Assembly (NCBI GenBank): GCA_028534125.1 | Contig: CM052816.1 | Location: 39,620,001-39,684,000, forward strand | From: Lama glama | Taxonomy: Eukaryota | Direction of reading: 5' to 3' | DNA length: 64,000 bases | In this document: positions 1-14,269 of the stretch, in pieces | How the letters are laid out: each line of letters starts with the position of its first letter | Numbering within the stretch: position 1 is the stretch's first letter | Notes under the pieces: generated by a model | The model's database searches: none | What the model saw: the letters and a program-made list of their open reading frames with translations, nothing else | What the model was told of the DNA's origin: nothing | Position numbers and translations under genes: made by a program

Positions 1-698
1 GTTCTACTGGAGGCTTCAAACACAAGCTGCAGTCTTTGTCACAGCTCTAATATATATTGTGCTATTCCATCTTTAAAAAAAAATGAGGTAGAACGTATGT
101 GCAGCTTTTGGTAGCCACTGGGCTTTATATCAAGTGACTCTTGATAGTTTTATACCTATAGGGCCAAATACATCAAAGGGATGATCCACTCTGTAACTCT
201 TGACATTTTTTACCTTGTCGTACAGATGCATTTTCAGCTACATCTGCCAATACTAAGGTTATCCTCAAGGACTTAAAGTAACTTTGGACTTCTCAAATAA
301 AATTGAGTTTTCTGTGTCTCCTAATACTTTGTATGTGGGAAAAAAAGGTCTATTTTGGCATTAGATGGGAGCAGTTAAGTGTTGTTGCTAGTGACGACAG
401 ACATTGTCTTTCTGCAGGACAAAGAGTTAAGTGCTTAAAGCTGTGTGTATATCTATCTATCTGTCAATCCACCTATCTATAAATATAGATATAGTGACAG
501 ATATAGATATATCCTAAACTAAAGGCCTCCAGGATGTCGCTGCCGATCTGCCGATTTCCCTGTGAGTGTATTAAGTACCATGGACTCTTACCAAGAGTTA
601 AGGTGTGAATGGAAGTTCTGTTATCATCCACATGGTGCCCTTCCACCAGAAAGAAATGCTGTGCCTTTGGAGAATCCAGCTAGTTAGAGAGCTTTTTC

Positions 699-909
699 TG
701 ACTCATCCAGAGGAAGAACTCTGGCTCTTTCCAAAGAAGGATTTATTTTCCTCTGAGTAGCCGTACACATTTCTCCCTACCCCAGTGATTCACGTGAGGA
801 GCTGGCCAAGCAGCCAGATATAAAAACGAAGCTGTGATGCATCCACCTCTCTCTCTGGAGCTTTCTTTTCTTTTGGAGTGTATGGATGCATTTTCAATCA
901 AAAGTAAGT
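699..909 (+). promoter_or_regulatory. Candidate TATA promoter and short first exon
   Basis: TGACTCA 699-705, TCACGTGA 790-797, TATAAAA 819-825, donor GTAAGT 904-909. Motif co-occurrence only. Confidence 0.25.
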
Positions 910-3900
910 TTTTTTTTTAAACCATGTACAAAAAACTATTACTAGCGGACACCTGAAAATACGTTGTCTTCTCATCCTAACTGAAAAGGTACTGTTATCA
1001 TAATTTCTATTAGTATTACTTCTGTGGAAAGGCAGAATCCACACCGTCTAAATTTCTTGCGGCAAAGTCTCTGCCTTGGCATGTTTGAGCGCTTTGGCTC
1101 TTTTTCTTATTGTCCTCAGATTGATGGATTCTCTATTTCCTAATATTGATACCACTATCACTAACAACAATAAATGGGGTTTTCAACCAAGAGTGAGTGA
1201 CGTTGGTGGTTCTGTGAAGCACAGGGGTGGGAAGGGGCAAAGAAGTAACATCTGGGCAACTGTTCTCAGGGCCCGAGTCCTGAGGCTGGACTGTGAACAA
1301 CCGCTCAAGCCAGAATTGCCATGGGATGCTGACTGACTTGCCCCAAGTCAGGGACTCAGTCCAGGAACGTGGTCTATGTTCTCAATTCTCCATTTACCCT
1401 GGACATAAAAGTTTGAAAATTTGAAGGAGTAAGGCCTATAGGTACTGAGCCATTTTGTAAGGGAACTCCGTCTCAATAAGAGCTTAGTAAGGACTGGAAC
1501 TTATGGTGGGGCTCTCCTGTTCCAGCTCTTTCATAGATGAATCCCCCCAAAGAGAGACAACCTCCTCGAGGTCACATAGCAAATAACTTAGACTCACCCC
1601 CGAGTACGTCTTCCTTTAGAGCCTGGGTTTCCCAGCCCACCAGCGGTTTGCCGTCTACACTTTGAGATATTCCCACAACTCCAGAGAAGGCCTCAGAAGT
1701 CTTGATAGGGTGGGAGTTAGAAATTACTCTATGCTTTTATCTATTGTATATATTCAATGTTCAGAGATGATGTATGATTTCAAATACTTTTCTATTATTT
1801 AAAATAATTTGAAAACTCTTCAATATTTTTTTCCTATCCACTTCTTAATTCTATCATATTCCAAAGGATAGAGGTAGATGGGGTGGGTATATGTGCCAGA
1901 CAAACTGAATTACTGTCTCCCCCAGCCATTCAGCCAGCCATGCTCTGCTCTTAATATACATATATGTGTATATATTCATGTATATTATGCACTTATACAT
2001 GTGTACAGAGAGAGAGGTATGAATATATCCACTTTATTGTTGTGCCTGGAACTTTAACAACTGTTTCAATTGTCTAAAAAGTAGTATTTTGGCTTAATAT
2101 GAAGATGGTTTAGTTATATCCAGTGGTATTTTCTGCTTTCTTTATCTTCCTGTCAACCAGTAAGCTTCATGGGTGTGGGAGAATATCTTTAGTAGGCAAG
2201 TTTGGTGAGAATACTATTTTTCAACTAAATTCTGGATGGTATTGGCAGAAATGAAATGGATATTTGCATTTGTGTTTCCTCAGACTCACTTTAATTATGG
2301 TTATGAGTACAGAACATGTCAAGCTGTTTGAGATTTATACCATATTAAGTCCTTTAGGATTTCATGGCTATAAAAATAGTAAGTGATAAGACAGGAATCT
2401 CAGGAGACTTTGGAAACTGAAGGTTTGGAACGGGGCCAAGGACCATCATTAATGACATCAAATAGTGCCGATAAAAAGTGATGCATTTATTTGCTTTTAT
2501 GGTGAGGAAAAATTGGTTGGAAATCAAAGGATTTCATAAATAAGCACCAATCAGCCCTGTGGAGCTTCCCAGCGCAGGTGAGACAGTACTGCTTTCTGCC
2601 TGTAGGTGGCAACAGAGCCTACAGCGTGTGACCTGGGAATTTGGGATTTCAATGAAGAGGATAAGAAATCACAGCTATAATCTGTGGAAGCCAAGAGGGT
2701 AACAAAGGACTCTGGGGAGTTAGCATTAAGCTAAAATTAGGTAGAGGAGCTTCAACGAATCCACAAGCCAATCACATGCACACAGATATGGAAATGACGG
2801 CCCAACTGCACTATTCTCTAGTGATCATGAGTGAGTAAGGAAGCAGCACAGGTCCGTGAGTGGCTGGCTTAGAAGGCTTGAGGCTTTCAGGAAATCTTTC
2901 CTCCTCTGTCTGAGACACTAGACCGGAAAGAAGGAGATCTGAGTTCCAGCTCTGCCTGTGACACTCACTGCTAGTGCAGCACAGGGGAACATGAGGCTGT
3001 TTTCCCACTTACAACAAAGGTTCCTTAAAGCCTCTCCCAACTGCAGCATTTTAGGATTCTCCCAGGGCCCGAACTTGGCTCGCCTTCTGAATGCTCCTCT
3101 GATGTAACAGCAGCCACCTCATTTTGCAGATTTTGGTTCTCAGTCTCCATCTCAGGTTTGATGTCTTCATCTCACTGGCTTTCTGGCCCTCACTTTGTTT
3201 CATGTCACCTCTGGCTCATCTTGGCTCTTCTACTTCAACGTGCCTGCCCTCCTCTCTTCCTTTTCTCCCAGCCCAGACCCCTCTCAGGACTGATTCTGTC
3301 TAAGCTTCCATTCACTCTCACCTTTCCAAGCCAAGCAAATGACAGGAGCTTACATATCTTAACTCTAAAGGAGAATAATACAGGACAAAAATTAACTTTA
3401 GGTATGCTAAATGATTCTAGAATATAAGTTATGAAAAAAATGAAAAGCAGAAGGATCTTAGAAAAACCTTTGTTGTTTAGTATAAATACATTATGTAATC
3501 GCTTGGAGAAAACATGAAGTATTTGGAATCTACTAAAAAATCTGAGTTTAACAGAAAAGAGAAAAGATAACACACTTTATAAAACAGATACTTGAATTTA
3601 AAAAGAGGTCATTTAATAATTTTCACATCCCCAATTGGCTTTTGCAATGCACAATTTTTTCCTAAGAATGGCAAACATTAAGAAATAATAAAAGCAGGTG
3701 AATTTTAATAAACCTCAAAGCCCTTGATAATAAGGACAAAATCACTCAAAAGGATTTCCTGCAAGAGACCTGTAGAAAGCTCTGTGGAAACTATGTACCC
3801 TTTCATCATCTGGCTCTTACTACGCCTTGGCACCTCTTTATTTATATTTCAGCTTTCATTTTCCACCTTTGTGCGTCACTTTCTCAACAGTAACTGACCT

Positions 3901-4360
3901 TCGTTTTTATAAATGTTTGCCTTTTTCAAAACATAAAATTGTTTTGCACACAGTCCTTTTTGATCCTCCTACAATGATGTCTGTTGACCATGATATACCT
4001 GAGTGGAATTTTGCAGCCAAAAGTACCACACACCCACCTGCCCTGAAGATTGTGGCAGAATTCTGCAGTGATCACAGCAATGCAACTTTTTAATGGATCA
4101 CCAAGAGGAAAAAAGTCCTTATTACATATTGTGGTTTGGGGTGCTTGGCAGTTAAGCTTGAATGCTTCTGTGTAACTTCCTGGTTTTCAGAAGCTCCTAG
4201 AAACTAGACTGCCCTACAGAAAGAGAGACTGAACTCTGGAATGAGATAAACCAAAACCTGAATTTGTGCTTCACTGTTTAGCTTCTGAGTGATGCTAGGT
4301 GAGCTTTTTTATGTTTCTGAGCTTCTGTTTCCTTTTCCTCATGATAAGGACAATGCCTTA

Positions 4361-4577
4361 TAGTAGGTATTTTGGCCTTAACACTCTTGGCATTCAAGGC
4401 TCCATCATCCTTTGCGACGGGGGCTGTCCTAGGCACGGTAGGATGTTTAGTAGCATCCTTAGGCTCTCTCCCCACTAGGCACCAGTAGTACCTCCCTAGT
4501 TGTGACAACCAAAAATGTCTCCAGACATTGCCAGATGTACCCTGAAGGGAGGACTTACCCCTGGTTGACTACCACTG
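4361..4577 (+). mobile_element. MER20 (hAT-Charlie) DNA transposon inside a MIR fragment
   Basis: Diagnostic gttgtgacaaccaaaaatgtctccagacattgcca; ends ...ggttgactaccactg. Confidence 0.85.
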
Positions 4578-7154
4578 CCTTATAAGGATGAAATATAATT
4601 GTGAAGGGCTTGGTATATGGAAATAACTAATTAATAGCACACTCTCTTGGATATCATTTATAATTCTGATTTGAATTAATATTTTGGATACTGAAGACAA
4701 AACTACACAGATCAATGAGACAGGAGACAGGTGCCTGGTAATTGTAAGAAGGATGCAAGGGGTCACTGAGCTGGAATCTGGCAGAAAGCGATCTGGATAA
4801 TATATGTTGGGTGGCACAGATTACAGTGTCATGCTGATCATCTGAATTACTGCTATCTCCACCAATCTCTTTTAATTAGGCAGAAATGAAGGTAATGCTT
4901 CTTGTTTTAGAAGGGGGTAAATGATTTAATTTGGGAGGACAGGAGCCATTTGGACATACGGCACTAGTCAATGATGATCCTGGAGAGTTTCTGAGTAACA
5001 AACAAACAAACAACCCAGAGCCATCCAGGAGACTGTCTTCCTGAGAGAAATACATATCACAATACAGGATCTGTTATTCCTTCAGCAAGATCTTAAAAAC
5101 GCCTCTCCAGAGGAATTTCAGCTTTCAATTGTCTTCTTGCTATTGTAGTGTTATTGTGTATTATGTAATATTTCAACATGATTTACAATGTTGTGTATGA
5201 ATTATTAGTTGAGAAATCCAGAAATCTGTTCCCATATTCTTCTCTGCAACTATAAATATCTCCTTGGAAATCTTTGTGGCAATCCACTCTATACCCTGGA
5301 TATTGCTCTATGTAGTGTGGACAGTTCTATAAATTACCTTGCAAGGAAAAGGGTAGTAAATGTGAGTCATGGCACCACAGGCTGCTATAAACAAACTGGG
5401 GTGGGTTTGGTGACATTTTGAAGTCATTCAGAAGTGTTTTGTGAGGTCACCTGTCCTATTAGATGCATATTCTTATTAATGGTGTCTCTGCCTTTTTTTT
5501 TTTTATTTTTGAGAGGAAACTGAGAAGAGCTGGGGAAGAAGTTAGAGGAGTGGAGGCAGTGGGAGGATGTGTCAGCACCAGCAATTAAATTTATTAACTC
5601 AATTACCTGCGGTACCAATAAAAGCTGTAATCATGAGGCCATCTAAAAGGCATTAGCTGTTTTACGGCTAATGGGGCCCTTGCCAACATGAAATGGAACC
5701 AGCTGCTCTTGGTGGGTGCCGGCAGCTGTTGGGTAGCACAGAATCAAATAGGCTGGACGGTGGTAGGGCTTCTGGACCAGTGACAAAAATGCTTTGTATT
5801 TATCGAGTGTCTTTATTCAAGGAATACCAATACACGCTTTGCAAGGAACGAATGCATGAATCCTTACAGGGCCTCCCCTGGGGACACAGTTACACAGACA
5901 GGATGATCATTTTACAGGGGGAAAGAACTATAAGCAGGAGCGCACAGAGGTGCCCTCACAGGCCATCTGTGACGGAGCGAGCTATAAAATCTGAGCCGAG
6001 CTGTGCCCTGGGTTTCCCTTCTCCTTCCCAGTGCCACAGCTGGGGCTGCTCTAGAAGTTTTAGTGCCCACTTCGAATCTGTCAACTGAGGGGAGCTTCTC
6101 AGGAGGAGGCATCAACTCGATACAATGAGGTCTTGAATCACTTATTATCTCACGAACGATTACAGGGCGATCCTTGGACTGCCAAGACATCAGGGATGGG
6201 ATCCGGATATTTAGATCCTTTATTCATCAACCATATAGTTATGAAAAAATACGTGAAATGCGAATACTGGGTTGGAGAAACAAGTCAAGGAAAACAGTAT
6301 CGTCCTACACAGAGCTCTTAGGACTGAAAAACAACTGGCATGTATGATGCATCCTGGCCACTGTGATAGGCATGTACAGTCTGACACATCTGTGGACGTC
6401 TGCGAGGGATGTCCTGGAAGTCCTGAGAAGGGCATGATTAAGCTAGATCAGACGGAGGAGCAAGAGATCACTAGGCAGAGAATGAGGACAGTAGATGATG
6501 TCACATGAATGTAGATATGTCTAAAGATCTAGTGACAAGAAAAGCATTTTCCATTCCCAGAACAGCAAATGGTTCCAGAAATCAGGAGACAGCAAAGAAG
6601 ACGAAGAAAGAGAGAATGGTGGAAGATGAATTAAAGAATTATTTAAAGACTAGATTATTACAGGTACATGAAGGAGTTCAGATGATGCACTGAGGTCAGT
6701 CATGAAGGACACCTAAATGTTAAAGGACAGAGGACTTTCCCTTTATAAAGCTCATTCTGCTGGCATTCTGGAAGTGAGTAAAACTGGAATCAAGACCAAC
6801 ACGTGGCAGATGCAGTAATCCAGAATGGAGCAAAGAGAATCTGGCAGCGTGCAAGAAATAACGGAAGGATTTTAGAATCACAGAGCAAATGGAATCCTCC
6901 AGACTTGATTAACTGGACAAGGGTGTTGAATGGTCTGAACTGAGCAGCAGTTCCTGCAAGAGCTGGTTTGTTTCTGATTCTCTCTTACTCTGCAGTATAG
7001 CTACTGAGGTCCTAACCTATGGTGGCCTGAGCGTACCAGGGCCCTGCCAATTTGACATGCCTCCAACTACAATATTTCCTTCTAGTTCATCGTGCCTGTC
7101 AAAGGTGGGGCTCAGATTCTGTTACATTTACAATTTCAGGACAAAAGTGTTAAC

Positions 7155-7371
7155 CTTCCATTTCTTGGAGATAGAAAAGCTCCCTTTTGATAATTATCAG
7201 TTGTATTAGCCTTGCAGATTGTTCAAACAGCTTCACAGACTGTAAAACTGATTTGCAGACCTGAAGAATTTCCATGTGCTCTTCCTCCTTGTGCATACAT
7301 TGCAATGATCGCTCTGACAGGACAACGGGGGAAGATGGGTAACCACTCTGATATTTTTTAACCTCTGCTTT
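7155..7371 (-). pseudogene. Exon remnant (217 nt, phase 0>1, fully open, helical-looking) KAEVKKYQSGYPSSPVVLSERSLQCMHKEEEHMEILQVCKSVLQSVKLFEQSARLIQLIIIKRELFYLQEME
   Basis: ttgtttaaaccttctttacag| acceptor, aag|gttaac donor, 72 open codons (ORF 7150-7392). Confidence 0.55.
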
Positions 7372-7643
7372 CTGTAAAGAAGGTTTAAACAAGAATATGG
7401 AAGTGCTCCTCTTGCTAGTCTCCTCCCAGTAGCACTGGTACTACATGAGGATTAAAATGAAAGAAATGGGACCCAATCAGAAGACAGAGTAATTGATTTA
7501 GTTGACATTTCTTGTTAGCTATTGATAAAGAAGTGAAGTTGAATACTTTGCATTTTTGTCATATTGGTTATTTTCTTCAATCATTTACTGTTTTTACTTT
7601 TATTTGTGGTAGCTTTTACTTATAAAGTTTTAAAAAAAATTTT

Positions 7644-8130
7644 TGTGGTGGGCACACCTTCAATGAATTCTGCCCTTGTGCAACCCTCTCCTGAGAGAAC
7701 ATGCCAGACGTGATGTGATTACACTGCACTACCTAAGACTCTGTCTTAGCAAACTGGAGGGAAATCCCTTGTGGCACTGAAGAAGTAAGTTGCCATGCTG
7801 TAGGAAAGCCTTTAAGAGGGGAGCATGAGATCGAATTGCTGGTGGCATCTGGAAGCTGAGACTGTTCCCTGGCTGACAGTCAGCAAGAAAATGGCGATTT
7901 ACATCCTACAACCAAATGGAGCTGAATTCTGCCAGCAACTACATGAGCTCAGAAGAGGATGGTGAGCTCTAGAACACAGCAAAATGATGCCTTGCTGGCA
8001 GCCTTATGAGATTCTAAAAGCTGTTCTATGCCTGGACTCCTAAACCATGAAAACTTGGATAATAAATGTATTTTGTATTAAACTATCAAGCTTGTGGTGC
8101 TTTGTTATCCAGTAATAGATAACTGATACA
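7644..8130 (+). mobile_element. MLT1-type MaLR solo LTR
   Basis: tgtggtggg start, gctgaattctgccagcaac core, aataaatg...tttgttatccagtaatagataactgataca end. Confidence 0.85.
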
Positions 8131-9234
8131 GTAGTCATTTGACGAAATCTGTTTTGTGTGATTTTTCCCACTGTTTTCATTCTATAGAAATAATCTACCC
8201 ATATCAAGATCCTTAGTTACTTACTGGTGTGTTCAAATTCAGTATAAATGCCTGGTATTCACTAGAAAAGAAAATTAAAGAAGCCTCCCTATTTTCAATT
8301 CATTCATTCATTCACTTATTCATCCCAACAAAACTACTGACCCCCTTAACACCAATGATATACAAAGTACACAATAAATAAACCACAGCTCCATCTTTGA
8401 AAGGTCGTACTCAGAGGCAGATAGAGGATGAATATAAATAAATATTTTCTCTATGATGGGCTAAAAAACTACAACAGAGGCATATACAAGAATTGATAAC
8501 AGTATCTTAGAGAAAGAAATTATTTTTCCTAGCAAAAAATGATACAGAAAGACTTAAAAAGAGGAATTCTTAACTGGGATCTCCAAATATGTATATGAGT
8601 TTATCAGGCAGAAGAGAGGAAGAAGATGCTCCGGGAAGAGACAGAAACAAGTGCAAAGGTACGAAAATATTTCAACTAGATTTTAAGCTCAGGGAGGGTG
8701 ACTCTGCTCCTGGCTTTATCACTTTTGCATCTCCAGCACTTAGCACTTTGCCTCACAAAAATAAATCATCAATACATTCCGAATACACGAGAAAATGAAT
8801 ATATGGAATCATGCAAGAAGTGATCACAGATGTTCAGGAAACAGAAAAATGTCTGCTGGTAACTGGACCATGGAGTGGGGTGGTGGCAGGACTGTAAGTG
8901 ACAACAGTGGTGGGAGAAGGGCTGTGTGATGGAAAGCTCTTACACCTGATACCTATTCAGGATTCAATGGAATGACTGTACACTTTGATAACAGAGTAGT
9001 CACTCATTTTGCAGAAGAGCTTTTCAATGTGACAATAGTTAGCAAGGTCAAAACACTCATTTCTTTTGCTTTTTTTAAGTAAAAATTCACTCTGTTAAGT
9101 TTTTCTTCTGACAACAACCCAAACCCACAGTTAAGATGTTATGGTTTTAAAAGCATTGGCAGGGGTGTCAATATATCTGTATTGTAAAAAAAATAATGTA
9201 AAGTTGCTGTCCAGGCACCAAGATAGGTTGTTAC

Positions 9235-9592
9235 CAAGATTCCTGTGCTGTGAAGCTAGCTTTGTCTTTTCCAGATTCTGTGGCCTTAGTATTAACAGCA
9301 AGCCTAATCTGCTGTCCTGACATTGTTGCTACGTAAAACATTCAGGATTTGTAGGAACTCTACTGTCTCAAAATGTTCGTGTGATGCAACTTGGTTAGGG
9401 ATTCTGTGCTGGGTGTTGGTGTGTGTTCCAAACACAATTTGGAGGCTGGTTTCTGAAATTATTGAAATGGTTCTTTGTGATGTTGTTTTTTGATGTAGTT
9501 TCTCAAGAATGACTACCATAATTATCATCTTCTTGACTCTCATGATCTGGAGCTGACAGGCTTTGTGAACTTAATACATTGTAAAGACAGAC
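9235..9592 (-). pseudogene. Candidate exon remnant VCLYNVLSSQSLSAPDHESQEDDNYGSHS*...; 3' end uncertain
   Basis: gattctttcag| acceptor; possible donor ttg|gtaaca at 9234; several stops. Confidence 0.3.
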
Positions 9593-11125
9593 CTGAAAGA
9601 ATCTGGTGGTGACATAATTCCTCTCTTCTGTGTTCCCAAGAATTGTGGTGAGACCAGGAATTTCCTATATAGGTTAAATGAATTACTGAATAAAATGTCT
9701 AAGAGTGCTTCCTGAGCAGAATCGCTCATAATGAGGTAAAATTGCATGTCTTAGGTCTAGAAGAAAATAGTATTTCCAAGAGACACTAAATGAATACACA
9801 GATACTATACACATGGTAACTTTAACGAGCTTTTGCTGAACCGACATCATTAAAAAGCCCCAATGATCATTTGCACCATCCCTCAGCACCCCATGACTCA
9901 TTTCTGGGCCTTCAACATTTGATGGTAAGAAAAATCTGTTTGCATTTCCATGCTCATTATTGGAGGCATTCTACCATTGGGGAAGATTCAAATTTCCATA
10001 AAAATGCAATGAATCTGGAGCTGACAGAGACTTACTTCTAAGCTATGATCAGTGCCTCCTTGGATGTAGTGGTCTCCATTTATTAATTCTAGCAGGAGGT
10101 CAGTGCATCAGCTGCTCATTAATCATTTCCCTTTCAATGAAATGACTTTTAAAACGTAACAGTGTATAAATGTGTCTGTTGTTCCATAACAAGCTTGTTA
10201 AATGCCTCAGTGTTGAGTGACTCAAAGTAACCCGGATCTGGCGATGGATTTGCATTAGTGCTTTGTCTCCTTGTTCTCCATCTGCTCTGATGGTGTTTCC
10301 CATTACTTAAAGAAACTGATAATAGTTAAGTGCACAATTATGAGGCCCCCCAGTTAGGTCTGATGAATTTGTTAAGGTGAGATGTTCCAGAAGTTAAGGA
10401 GATCTATGTGCAATGCCATGAAAGACTGAGTAAACATGTACTACCTGGCTGTTGGCAAATACGACTAAGCTATGCTCATGCTTCATAAAAATTACAAACA
10501 TAAGCATTAGTGTCCACACACCCATGAATGCACCCGATAGAAACACAATCGGTGAAAATAAGCATGACTGGCTTCTTCATGAATGCTTCTAAGTTAAGCG
10601 TTACTTACGCTTATGGTTCTTTGTACCTAGTTTGTGCATTCGTTATTTACTTTCATTAACTAGTAAATAATAGGTAGTGGGTTCCAAAGGCTCAAGAAAA
10701 AATATAGGAATTCAAAAAGTGACATAGTATATGAAAATTAAATGTGATAGTATCCCTATATTTCTTCCTAAGGAATGTTAAATTCCTCTAACACATGAGT
10801 CATGCTTTATCTCAGTTCAGGTGCCACGGTTTGAGCAAAACAAATGTACTGTTCTAATCTGAAGAAATTCTGTGATGAATCAGAATAACATACAAGCAAT
10901 AAATGACAACTCGTGTTTAATCTGGATAAGGATAAATTCTGAGAAGAGAGAGCCTTAACACTCAAGCCACTTGAGAAGGGTATTGATATACTCTATGCAA
11001 AATAATTACGTACAGTTTCTCAACAAAATAAATGAAGACACAAAGCAGTGTGGAAAGGACCTGTGGCAGAGTGAATCTGGGTAAATGGATAACACTGTTA
11101 AAGCTAGCTTTTAAAACAAAATGCA

Positions 11126-11400
11126 GGGGGTAGGAAGGGATAAATTAGGAGTTTGAGATTTGCAGATGCTAACTACTATATATATAGCACAAGTCCATAC
11201 TTGTATAAACAATACAAATGTATACACAAACAACTTTATACTGGATAGCACAGAGAATCATATTTAATATCTTATAGTAACCTATAATGAAAGAGTATGA
11301 AAACAAATATATGTATGTGTATGTATGACTGAAACATTATGCTGGACACCAGAAATTGATACAACACTGTAAACGGACTGCATGTCAATAACAAAATACA
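11126..11400 (+). mobile_element. L1 3' UTR fragment (young, camelid-type)
   Basis: gggataaattaggagtttgagatttgcag...acaccagaaattgatacaacactgtaaac; same family as copies at 27.5, 29.9, 30.2 and 48.0 kb. Confidence 0.8.
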
Positions 11401-13659
11401 AAATGAAGAACATGTAAAATTTAAAGATAATATTCTTCAGTGAAAAGAATATGTAGTATTCCAGCATATAGTAACTTACCAAGGAAAAATAGAAACTGGC
11501 AACAACTGTTTGTGTCACGGACTAGAATGTAAGAAGGAGATGATGTATAAATACATTTTACTTAAACTATACGGACATACCTTTGCATCATGCCTGTTTT
11601 TTAAAGAAGCCTATTTACTGCTAGATGTTCTTTATTGTTATTTTACAAACCAGCATTTTATGATTGAATATCAGATTGGAAGTTGACTCGATAGTCACCC
11701 AGGTTCTACTACATTATATTATGTATCCTATGAATCATTAAAAAATTCTCACCTGACCTGTTTGATTTAGTTGCCATCTAGTGGATTTGTTACTTAAAGA
11801 TATGGATAAAGTGATGTATTTACTGCAATCATATCCCAATTAACCCTAGGAGAGCCAATATATTTAGATTTGTGCTTATTTTATTTGCATTTTTGCTTAT
11901 TTAATTATGTGATCATTCTGCAATTGTACTGTCTTTATGAGTGCTATCATTACGCACTCAGTACCTATCTGCTGCATTATTGAAGATTAAATCTATCCCT
12001 TCAAAGATTCATCCATTAAATCTTAATTGGTTTTTTATCTAACAGCATCACTGTGTATCTAGTTACAAAATTCACATTTTTATTAATAAAGTAAGAACTA
12101 TAACTTCATCAAATCTTAGTACTTCAACTGGGCCAAAGAAATGTAGAAAAATAACCTAGTTTTGAAGAAGATTCAGGATTTATTTTCATTTCAATTACAA
12201 GAAAAAAGATTAAGGGAGCTTTGACATTTATCTGGCTCTAAAGTAATGGTTACAGATTCTAGACACATTTAAGGATTTATCATAATATTAGCCTCCATTT
12301 TTCCCTCACCAAGCATTATGTAAGCCTATGAACTTTAATTTTTTAATCACTCCACTCAAAAAGAAATGCACACATATTATTAACACATGACTTTGTTCCT
12401 CATGCCTTTTTAAATTTCATGAAATAGTCAAAAGCAAAAGCTGCAAAGTAAATAAAATTAAAAGTTGTTTAATTGTCATAACTGTCATAAAATTAAACAA
12501 AGCAAACAAGAGTAATTTTCAACAGCAAACATTTGGGCCACAAAGCTAAACTGAGTGAGTTAGGTTGGGCTGGATGACGTGTGTGTTTCAAGACATGACT
12601 GTACCTAGAACTGCAACCTGCAGAAGGGATTTTTATGTTCATCTTTCCTTGAGCAAGGGTGCTGGTTCAGGGTTATCTCTTTCTCTCTCTCTTTCTCTCC
12701 TTCTCTCCACCCCTCCCGTTCTTCTTTTCTCTCTTTGCATTGAATTGCCCAAACCTGGGAAACAGATACAGGAGGATTTGATGTGGTGATCAAAATGAAT
12801 TCTTTCTGAAATTTATGCTTTGTGGGGCTTGTTTTGATTTACTAGGGAGGTGAAATTAAGGCTTTGAATATTCTTGTATTGCTGGATATTAGACTTTCAC
12901 ATTTGAATGGAGCCGAACTTTTTTTCCCCCGTAGATGACAGAGTGGTTCACGCATTAGAGCAGAATAGGAAGCACAGGGTCTGCTTTTGTTCTGACTTTT
13001 GACAACCAGTCCAATTGCTAGATAAGCCTCTTTGAGTCTCCTTTTCACCATCAGTGGAATAAAAACCATTTCAAAAACACACTGCCTATTTACTGGGGGA
13101 AATCTCTGTCATGTAAATCTTAAAGTGTTAATAGATAAAAGGAGAATAAGAATTCCAATATAAATTTTTCTCCTGGAACATTAAGAAAACAAAGAAATAG
13201 GGCTGGGGGATGCCTCCCATGTGCTCATGTGAATGAGGCTCTTTCATCCCTAGGTTTCTCTTTCTTGGAAGTGTAACAGTGGGGAATCCTAATTTGACTT
13301 CCACAACTTCATAGGGGCTACTACCACAAGGCATAAGGGGTTTAGGACTGGGGCCAGAATTCAGGGAATAAGCGAGTAAATCCTGGTCCAAATTTCTTTT
13401 CAAAATTACATTTAGAGATCACACAGCTGGAGTTCTCATTTTGTATTATCATAATATAGTTTGATTGTGCCATGGTGTCATATGTAATGCATATTTACAT
13501 AATTAAATTTCCCTATAATTTTCATAGCTGTTATGATAATTTATTGAATAAAAAACATCTTATGCAAAATTTACAAAGAATTATTTTTACAACTGAGGGA
13601 ACTAATATAATGCCTAATAGTTTTTTGTTGTTGTTACTAATAAGGACCTGTTAGGAATG

Positions 13660-14258
13660 TTTGAAATCTTGTCGTTGTATGAGTTTGACTATTTTATATT
13701 CTACATATAAATGAGATCATGTAGTATCTGTCTGTGTCTAGCTTTTTTCATTCAACATAATGCCCTCCAGGTCCACCCATGCTATCACAAATGGTAGGAT
13801 TTCCTTCTTTTTTAACACTGAGTAATATTCCACTATCTATCTATCTATCTATCTATCTATCTCACATTTTATCCATTCATCTATCAATGAACATTTAAGT
13901 TGTTTGTGGGGAGGGCAAGTGGGGAGGTGATGGTCAAAGAGTATGAAGTTTCATTTGTACAAGGTAAAGTCTAGAGATCTACTCTATAGCATACTGCTTA
14001 TAACTAACAATACTCTATGGTATATTTAAAATTTTCTAAGAGGGTAGATATTATGTTAAGTATTCTACCCCTATACACAAAAATAATAATAATAAAGGGA
14101 AATAGAATGAAACTTTGGGAGGTAATAGATATGTTTATGGCCTTGATAGTGGTAATGGTTTCATAGTGTATACTTATCTGTAAACTCATAGAGTTGTATA
14201 CATTAAATATGTACAGCTTTTTATATGTTAATCATACCTCAATAAAGTGGTTTAAAAA
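13660..14258 (+). mobile_element. L1MA-like 3' end with inverted 5' segment; contains (ATCT)n
   Basis: About 13660-13905 is antisense L1 and 13906-14258 is sense L1 3' UTR ending cctcaataaagtggtttaaaaa. Confidence 0.75.
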
Positions 14259-14269
14259 TACCCCGGTTG

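Noticed and set aside
445..512. Imperfect inverted repeat / hairpin
   Set aside because: Explained by opposed (TATC)n/(GATA)n low-complexity tracts.
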